From NCBI RefSeq assembly GCF_000012805.1, contig NC_007484.1, positions 30,001 to 62,000 of the forward strand: a DNA stretch of 32,000 bases. Direction: 5' to 3'. Under the pieces are notes generated by a model, which worked only from the letters and a program-made list of their open reading frames with translations, was not told where the DNA came from and did no database searches. The stretch's first letter is position 1. Each line of letters begins with the position of its first letter. Both the position numbers and the translations under genes were made by a program. Origin of the DNA: Nitrosococcus oceani ATCC 19707 (GTDB taxonomy: Bacteria; Pseudomonadota; Gammaproteobacteria; Nitrosococcales; Nitrosococcaceae). Below, in pieces: positions 19,230-29,992 of this stretch.

Positions 19230-19437
19230 GTTGCCCACTTTTGCGAAGGTCCCTATCAAGGTGGTAGGGACATCTCAACTCACTCTACGAGAATTCCGCG
19301 TCCTGGTAGCCTTGTACGCTTTTGCCGATCAAAAGGGGCGGTGCTGGCCCTCCCGGCAGCGGCTGAGTGAACTGACCGGAATCCGCCCCGAGCATATTTC
19401 CCGCGCCACCAGCGCCCTGAAAAAAAAAGGTGGTTGA
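19177..19437 (+). CDS. Winged-helix/HTH protein; 5' half of a split replication-associated gene
   Basis: LTLREFRVLVALYAFADQKGRCWPSRQRLSELTGIRPEHISRATSALKKK is a typical wHTH. An alternative start is TTG 19222, 6 nt after GGAGG. The ORF terminates just after the A9 tract at 19420-19428. Confidence 0.65.
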   Translation: MSIFKKPVPGSRRRTLSKLPTFAKVPIKVVGTSQLTLREFRVLVALYAFADQKGRCWPSRQRLSELTGIRPEHISRATSALKKKGG

Positions 19438-20033
19438 AAAAGACAGGCAATGGGGGACGGTCCCAATCTAGCCGCTATCAATTGCCGCTTGCGCAGGATA
19501 AAGCACTTCCCCTGGCGCCTGAAAACGGTGCCCACAGGGGCGGGGTTTCCCCGCCAAAACGGTGCCAGGCGCGGCAATTAAACGGTGCTGCCCAAGGCAC
19601 GGGCATAGAACAGACCAGGGAACAGACCAATTTATATACGGCACCGGCCGATGCCGCAGGCACGAAAAGCGGATTGAAAGGAGATGATTTTCCCCGTCAA
19701 GAAACAGCGCCGAGGGCGGTTGAGGCTTATCTGACAAAACAGGGCAAGCGGCTCCAAGGACAGGCGCTGCGGCGCTTTGAGATTTTTTGGCAGGTCTTCG
19801 ACTACCGCCGGGGCAAAGCCGAGGCGGCTGATGCCTGGTGGAAGCTCGAGCCCATGGACCCTGGGCTTCTCAAGGCTATTATTGCCGGGGCCCAGCGGGA
19901 AGCGTCCGAGCGCCCCGCCAAGCTCGAAAAGGGGTTGACCCCGAAGATGGCCCAAGGCTGGCTTTCCGGGCGGCGCTGGGAAGATGCACCGCCTCGGCGT
20001 AGTGCCCCCACCAAACCGAAGCTAGTGGTCTAG
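19434..20033 (+). CDS. 3' half of the split replication-associated gene (hypothetical)
   Basis: This is the -1 frame relative to 19177-19437. It continues (R)WLKKTGNGGRSQSSRYQL, the expected continuation of this wHTH family. The C-terminus reads FEIFWQVFDYRRGKAEAADAWWKL...GWLSGRRWED. Confidence 0.55.
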   Translation: MKKTGNGGRSQSSRYQLPLAQDKALPLAPENGAHRGGVSPPKRCQARQLNGAAQGTGIEQTREQTNLYTAPADAAGTKSGLKGDDFPRQETAPRAVEAYLTKQGKRLQGQALRRFEIFWQVFDYRRGKAEAADAWWKLEPMDPGLLKAIIAGAQREASERPAKLEKGLTPKMAQGWLSGRRWEDAPPRRSAPTKPKLVV

Positions 20034-20042
20034 GAGGTAGCT

Positions 20043-21848
20043 ATGGACAAAACATTTTCCGATTTTGGGATTGATGTGCCGCCCGCCGCTTCCGGGCAAC
20101 TCAGTCTCACCTGCCCCCAGTGCTCCGCTCAACGCAAGAAAAAACGTGCCAAGTGCTTAAGCGTCAATGTCGAGAAAGGGGCGTGGATATGCCACCATTG
20201 TAGCTGGCGAGGGGGGCTTTCCCAGCGGGAGCAGTCCAATCGCACTCTGTACTGGCGACGCCCCGATTACCGACAGCCGGCGCCCTTTTCCCCGGGAGCC
20301 CTGCCTGAAGATATCCAGCGCTGGTTTGCCAAACGGGGGATTACCCCCGCGGTCCTTGAGCGCAATCATATCGCGACCAAAAAGGTGTATATGCCCCAGC
20401 TGGAGAGGTGGGTGAGCGCGATCGCCTTTCCTTACTACCGGGGCGAGACGCTCATCAACGCCAAGTACCGGGATGGGAGGAAACACTTCCGCCTGGAGGC
20501 CGGGGCCGAGCGCATTTTGTATGGACTTAACGACTTGGAGCAGACTACCCTCATTGTGGAAGGGGAGATGGATAAACTGGCGTTAGAGGTAGCCGGTTTT
20601 CGCAATGTGGTCAGCGTCCCCGATGGCGCCCCCCCACCCCAGGCTAAGGATTATGCCCGCAAATTTGAGTTTCTGCAGGCGGATGAAGAAGCGCTTAAGA
20701 CGGTCAAGACGTGGGTAATCGCAGTCGACAATGACGCACCCGGGCAGTATTTGGCCGAGGAACTCTCCCGTCGCTTCGGGCGAGAAAAATGTAAGCGGGT
20801 CCTCTGGCCTGAAGCGTGCAAGGATGCCAATGAGGTGTTGCTGAAGCGGGGACCTGAGGTGCTCACCGATTGCATCAAAAATGCCCAGCCTTATCCTCTC
20901 GCCGGGGTGTTGACGGTCAGCCACCTCAGCGAAGACATCGATTTTCTCTATACCCATGGGCTCAAGCGGGGGATGTCAACCGGCTGGCCCTCTGTGGATA
21001 TATGTTACACCGTCAAGCCTGGGGAGTTGACGGTGGTGACGGGTGTCCCCAACAGTGGGAAATCCAATTGGCTGGACTGCTTAGCCCTGAATCTTGCCCA
21101 GCAGGGCTGGCGCTTTGGTGTCTTCAGCCCCGAGAACCAGCCAGTGGGCCACCATATGGCGCGGATGATAGAAAAGTGGGCCGGTAAGCCGTTCAATAAA
21201 GGGTCTATTGCCCGACTGAGCCGGTCCACGCTGGCGCAGGGAAAGGACTGGGTGCATGAGCACTTTTATTGGATTCTCCCAGAGGATGACCAGGATTGGA
21301 CCGTCGAGCACGTTCTGGACCGTGCCAGGGCGCTGGTGCTGCGGTATGGGATTAAGGGGCTCCTGCTCGACCCCTGGAATGAGTTTGAGCATCTGCGTGC
21401 GCCCAATGTCACGGAGACGGAGTATATCTCGTTGGTTTTAAAGCGGGTGCGGCAATTCGCCCGTTATTACCAGGTCCATGTGTGGATAGTGGCCCATCCG
21501 GCAAAGCTCTTCCGGGGCAAGAACGATCAATATCCCGTGCCCACGCTCTATGACATCTCAGGCTCGGCTAACTGGCGCAATAAGGCCGATAATGGCCTCG
21601 TGATTTGGCGCGATCTTGGCGACCCTAAAAAAGATTTGGTGGAGATTCATATCCAAAAGATTCGCTTTCGGGAGGTGGGAAGATTGGGCGCAGTGCGGCT
21701 GCGTTTTGACCCTGTGACGGCAGTGTACCGGGAGCCTGAACCCGATGATGAAGCGGCCTTCCCCCCTGCGGATGGAGCTGATAAGGCGGATGAGCAAGCG
21801 TATCTGGACAGTCTGTACGCCGAGTATGAGGCCCAGGGCGGAAAATAG
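20043..21848 (+). CDS. Bifunctional primase-helicase (T7 gp4/Twinkle-like)
   Basis: 601 aa with AGGAGG upstream. N-terminal Zn finger CPQC...CHHC, Toprim (LIVEGEMDKLAL, AVDNDAPG), then a DnaB/RecA-type NTPase (GVPNSGKSNW Walker A, LLLDPWNE Walker B). Confidence 0.85.
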   Translation: MDKTFSDFGIDVPPAASGQLSLTCPQCSAQRKKKRAKCLSVNVEKGAWICHHCSWRGGLSQREQSNRTLYWRRPDYRQPAPFSPGALPEDIQRWFAKRGITPAVLERNHIATKKVYMPQLERWVSAIAFPYYRGETLINAKYRDGRKHFRLEAGAERILYGLNDLEQTTLIVEGEMDKLALEVAGFRNVVSVPDGAPPPQAKDYARKFEFLQADEEALKTVKTWVIAVDNDAPGQYLAEELSRRFGREKCKRVLWPEACKDANEVLLKRGPEVLTDCIKNAQPYPLAGVLTVSHLSEDIDFLYTHGLKRGMSTGWPSVDICYTVKPGELTVVTGVPNSGKSNWLDCLALNLAQQGWRFGVFSPENQPVGHHMARMIEKWAGKPFNKGSIARLSRSTLAQGKDWVHEHFYWILPEDDQDWTVEHVLDRARALVLRYGIKGLLLDPWNEFEHLRAPNVTETEYISLVLKRVRQFARYYQVHVWIVAHPAKLFRGKNDQYPVPTLYDISGSANWRNKADNGLVIWRDLGDPKKDLVEIHIQKIRFREVGRLGAVRLRFDPVTAVYREPEPDDEAAFPPADGADKADEQAYLDSLYAEYEAQGGK

Positions 21849-21908
21849 GCCGGGGAGATAACGGTAAAAAAGCCCAGCAAGCGTGCGTCCCTGCCGGAAG
21901 GGCCTCGG

Positions 21909-22556
21909 TTAATCGTGTCGCTTAGGCCCGTGGGCGGGTTCCCCGGCGGCCTTTTCCTGCTCCTGTTGCAGGGCAATGCGGCCCATGGGCGTGCTGAGCG
22001 GGGCGCCTGAGATTTCTTCGAGCAAATGGGAGAGTTCGCCTTGGACCTTCACCTCCCGTTGCTCTTTAAACATGCCCAATTGCTTATCGAGTTGCTCCAA
22101 GGCATCGAGCTTATTCCAGAGCTTGATTTTGTAAACGTAAAGGGGCGCCGTCTTCTTTTCGTCTTTCATCACGACCACATCCACCGCGGCAATGGCCGCC
22201 GCGATATGCTTGGGCAGGGCGTCCATGGGTTTGAGCCGCCCCTGTCCATCAAACAAGGCGCGGATGTCTGAAAACCCGACCTGGGCCAACTCTTTCAGAA
22301 CCTGGACCTCTTTAACGTCCGCCTCGGCTTCGGCCGCCTGGCGCTTGGATTGCAGGTAGGCCGCTACCCCCGGGTTTCGAAGAAGCCGTGAGCTTTGGAC
22401 TTTCGCCGTGCTCAAGGCCGCCCGGGGGAAAGCTTGCCGGTAGCAGGCCAGGGCATTGCCCCGCACCTTCTCGGGGCCGGCCCGGTACAAATCCGCGAAC
22501 ACTTGCTGACCTGGCGTTAAGCCATCTTCATTACGGGGATATCGGGCTTGGCGCAT
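21909..22556 (-). CDS. terS: Phage terminase small subunit (P27/Terminase_2-like)
   Basis: LTPGQQVFADLY, NALACYRQAF, AKVQSSRLLRNPGVAAYL and VLKELAQVGFSD match TerS blocks. The start is set at ATG 22556, 6 nt after GAGGAG. The track start at 22706 adds a non-homologous extension. Confidence 0.75.
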   Translation of the reverse strand: MRQARYPRNEDGLTPGQQVFADLYRAGPEKVRGNALACYRQAFPRAALSTAKVQSSRLLRNPGVAAYLQSKRQAAEAEADVKEVQVLKELAQVGFSDIRALFDGQGRLKPMDALPKHIAAAIAAVDVVVMKDEKKTAPLYVYKIKLWNKLDALEQLDKQLGMFKEQREVKVQGELSHLLEEISGAPLSTPMGRIALQQEQEKAAGEPAHGPKRHD

Positions 22557-22829
22557 TTTCATCTCCTCACTCCGTACGCAACGGTGCCGCTGCTCCACCG
22601 CCCGGCGGGTTGGTTCATCGCCTGCCCATGATGGAAGCCACTTGCCTTTGCCACCCAACCATCCCCACAACCTGGGTTCCAGCGACCCACGTGCTAAAGC
22701 ATACATGACCTTTATTCATGTATCACTGGTTAAATATAAATAATTTTTCATCATTTGGCCGAAGCAAAGCCAACGGCTTTCAAGTGCTCATTTTCTATGC
22801 CTTTCTAGGCAAAGGAGCTTTTCAAGGAG

Positions 22830-23064
22830 ATGGTGATACCATCAAGATATGCGATAGCCGATGTGATGGGGAGAATGAGAAGTCAATCGTCGTCCATTCT
22901 GCGAAAAAAGTTTGACGGGCTCTCAAAAGTTCTATTGGAAGGAAAACATTGTCTGGTCGCCGGGCTACTTCGTCAGCAGCGTAGGGATTGATGAGAATAC
23001 CATCAAACGTTACGTAGAACGTCAGGGATGCCGGGATTCGGGCCAATTCCGTGAGGAGTTGTAA
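22830..23064 (+). pseudogene. IS200/IS605-family tnpA (Y1 transposase) relic; C-terminal portion with one frameshift
   Basis: Frame 0 reads IPSRYAIADVMGRMRSQSSSILRKKF. Frame 1 reads YWKENIVWSPGYFVSSVGIDENTIKRYVERQ-stop at 23064. Together these match the C-terminal half of IS200 TnpA. The N-terminal HUH region is absent. Confidence 0.6.
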
Positions 23065-23065
23065 T

Positions 23066-23112
23066 CGCCGCGAAGCGGCGGCAAAGCCATAGGACCGCGG
23101 GTTTACCCGTGG
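23066..23112 (+). repeat. Two short hairpins directly 3' of the tnpA relic
   Basis: cgccgc-gaa-gcggcg (23066-23080) has a 6-bp stem. ccgcggg-ttta-cccgtgg (23095-23112) has a 7-bp stem with one G-T pair. This is consistent with an IS200/IS605 subterminal hairpin or a REP-like element. Confidence 0.4.
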
Positions 23113-23558
23113 GTATCTATGTTCTTTATCGACTTTTATAGCTTGATACTTTAAAGATCCTGCCGTCCGAGCAAGGCTTTCAGTGTTTCTAAAGCCTCCT
23201 CAACACAATTTTTACGATCAATTTAGTTACTTGGCTAATGGGCTACATCACCAACTCCTCAAGCCTTCACTTTTCCCGATGGGCTATCAACTTACCCTGG
23301 TGAATGAGTCCATCTAATTATCAAGAACTGGTATAGAATCGGTACTTTTTCCTCAGTGCTGTGCCGAGATTTCCCAAGAATTGACTACCCATCAACGCGC
23401 CATTAGGCTCCTATTCTTCGCTCAGCCGCAAAAGCTGTCTCAATACAGAATTTTTAGAATAACAGTAGGTTGATCTTGCCAGGGCATTTTACACATTGAT
23501 GTTCTGTGGGTGCGGCCGATAAATCCGATAAAACGGATATTGAGCAAAAGAAACGACC

Positions 23559-27892
<4,334 letters not shown>

Positions 27893-27898
27893 CCACGA

Positions 27899-29566
27899 AT
27901 GAACACGAATAAACACGAAATAGAGGCATTGATCCAGCGAGGCGAGAGTGTTTCTCTAGAGTTCAAAAGTGACCTGAAGCGCCTGCCGGATCGGGAGCTT
28001 GTGGCGGCTGTGGTTTCTTTAGCAAATACGGACGGCGGCGATCTATTGCTCGGCGTGGAGGATGACGGCACGGTTACCGGTTTGCATGCAAGTCACCTGA
28101 ATGTTTTAGGTATCCCGCCTCTCATTGCAAATAAGACGAATCCTGCTATTTCGGTTCGCGTGGAAAAGTGCGAGTCAACGGGAAAGTCCATTGCCCGGAT
28201 CAGGGTGCCGAAGTCCCAGCAACTGGTATCCACTTCCGACGGCTTTTTGGTACGCCGACGCCTGAAGTTCGATGGAACACCGGAAGCAGTACCTTTCTAT
28301 CCCCACGAATTTATTCAACGCCAGTCGTCCCTGGGCCTCGTCGATCCCTCAGCCATGGTACTTGAGGAAGTAGACTCGGGTCAGCTCGATCCGCTTCAGC
28401 GCCTGCGTATCCGTAGTGCCATAAAAAAGTATGGTGGGGAGCAATCCCTGCTTGCTCTAGCTGATGACGAACTGGACGGCGCACTTGGGCTTTGTCGTGA
28501 ATCGAATGGCGCTAGACACCCCACCATGACCGGGTTACTGGTATTGGGAACGGAAGAACTCCTGCGAGCCCATGTGCCCGCCTATGAGGTCGCCTTTCAG
28601 GTGCTTCAGAGAACCGATGTCAAGGTCAACGAGTTCTTTCGGAAACCGCTTCTGGAAACCTTTGAAGAAGTGGACCCCCTCTTCAAGGTCCGGGTTGAGG
28701 AAGAAGAAATTCAGGTTGGCCTTTTCCGGGTACCTGTACCCAATTATGATCGCCGCGCCTTTCGTGAGGCTTTTGTGAATGCGCTGGTTCACCGTGATTT
28801 CAGCAGGCTCGGTGCGGTGCATGTCAAAATCACTGATGATGGTCTCACTATCAGCAACCCGGGTGGTTTCGTCGAGGGGGTGAGACTGGATAACCTGCTC
28901 GTAGTCGATCCTCGTTCCCGTAATCCCCTCCTCGCCGATGTGATTAAGCGGATCGGCCTGGCCGAGCGCACCGGGCGTGGCATCGACCGCATTTACGAGG
29001 GCATGCTCCGCTACGGACGCCCCGCGCCTGATTACTCAATGTCCGATGAATTCACGGTTTCAGTACAGATGGTGAATGCTGCTGCCGATCTCGATTTCCT
29101 CAAGATGGTGGTCGAGCAGGAGGATAAGCTTGGCAACATGCCGATTGACTCCCTGATCATACTCTCCCGCCTTCGGGAAGAGCGACGACTAACCACTGCG
29201 GACCTGGCCCCATCCGTCCAGAAATCAGAAACCAACGTGAGGATAACCCTGGAGAAGCTGGTTGAAACCGGATTTCTGGAGCCGCATGGCACCGGCAGGG
29301 GGCGGACCTATACCCTCAGCGCTGCCCTGTACCGTAAGGCAGGAAAGAAATCGGAATACATCCGCCAGGCCGGTTTTGCGCCCATCCAGCAAGAGCAAAT
29401 GGTGCTGAAATACATTGATGCGCACGGTTCCATCAAACGAGCAGATGCCGCTGATTTATGCCGGATCAGCCCATTTCAAGCCACGCGTTTGCTTAAACGG
29501 ATGGAAAAGAATGACTTAGTAAAGCCTGTTGGGCAGGGAAGAGGGACGCGTTATGAGCGAAAATAG
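27899..29566 (+). CDS. Schlafen/AlbA_2 + HATPase_c_4 + tandem wHTH protein (COG2865-type, RecG-like putative regulator)
   Basis: 555 aa. The N-terminus ESVSLEFKSDL...ELVAAVVSLANTDGGDLLLGVEDDGTVTGL is the AlbA_2/Schlafen box. FREAFVNALVHRDFS...ISNPGGF...SRNPLLADVIKRIGLAERTGRGIDRI is HATPase_c_4. Two C-terminal wHTH copies each end in GxGRGxxY. Confidence 0.8.
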   Translation: MNTNKHEIEALIQRGESVSLEFKSDLKRLPDRELVAAVVSLANTDGGDLLLGVEDDGTVTGLHASHLNVLGIPPLIANKTNPAISVRVEKCESTGKSIARIRVPKSQQLVSTSDGFLVRRRLKFDGTPEAVPFYPHEFIQRQSSLGLVDPSAMVLEEVDSGQLDPLQRLRIRSAIKKYGGEQSLLALADDELDGALGLCRESNGARHPTMTGLLVLGTEELLRAHVPAYEVAFQVLQRTDVKVNEFFRKPLLETFEEVDPLFKVRVEEEEIQVGLFRVPVPNYDRRAFREAFVNALVHRDFSRLGAVHVKITDDGLTISNPGGFVEGVRLDNLLVVDPRSRNPLLADVIKRIGLAERTGRGIDRIYEGMLRYGRPAPDYSMSDEFTVSVQMVNAAADLDFLKMVVEQEDKLGNMPIDSLIILSRLREERRLTTADLAPSVQKSETNVRITLEKLVETGFLEPHGTGRGRTYTLSAALYRKAGKKSEYIRQAGFAPIQQEQMVLKYIDAHGSIKRADAADLCRISPFQATRLLKRMEKNDLVKPVGQGRGTRYERK

Positions 29567-29575
29567 CGAAAATAC

Positions 29576-29626
29576 GAGCGATTGCGTGCGCCGCTCGCAA
29601 AATACGAGCGGCGCACGCAATCGCTC
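29576..29626. repeat. Perfect 22-bp inverted repeat with a 7-nt loop; possible terminator or relic recombination site
   Basis: The left arm is gagcgattgcgtgcgccgctcg (29576-29597). The loop is caaaata. The right arm is cgagcggcgcacgcaatcgctc (29605-29626). It begins 10 nt after the stop of 27899-29566. No U-tract follows. Confidence 0.85.
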
Positions 29627-29695
29627 ATATTTATGCTCGGTGAGAATATTTTATGCGTAGGCCGGCGATGGATGTGGCCATGCCGCCAGCCTTGC

Positions 29696-29992
29696 ATGGA
29701 TTTTAATCGGCTTGTAGCCGCCATCCCGCAGGCCCATGACGAATTGGCCAAGCAAGCCTGCCAGGCGGTCTATGGAGAAAAGGTACTGTCGGAACTGACT
29801 GCCCGACTGAGCGACATTCCGCCTATCGGCATTCTACTCTGCACCGACAAGAATCACGCCCTGGCTGAGTATGCCCGGGCAGGCATGGACAACAGCCTTT
29901 TTGTCTCCAAGTACCTGCTGGAACTGCCAAAGAAAGAAGAAATGCAGGCATTCATCAAGAGACAGGTAAAAGAAATTGGAGATGTTGGATGA
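29696..29992 (+). pseudogene. Internally deleted DUF1016/YhcG-family (PDDEXK nuclease) relic
   Basis: MDFNRLVAAIPQAHDELAKQA.QAV and YGEKVLSELTARLS resemble the YhcG N-terminal domain. IGILLCTDKNHALAEYA...FVSKYLLELPKKEEM resembles the extreme C-terminus. The nuclease core between them is missing. The stop overlaps the pglXI ATG (ATGA). Confidence 0.5.

Noticed and set aside
20157-21976. Antisense or off-frame ORFs within the primase-helicase gene
   Set aside because: Same shadow-ORF explanation. They have no motifs and no ribosome-binding sites.
23150-23240. Short minus-strand reading IDRKNCVEEALETLKALLGRQDL, possibly a toxin-antitoxin fragment
   Set aside because: It is about 23 codons bounded by stops. 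It has no start and no partner gene, so it cannot be supported.
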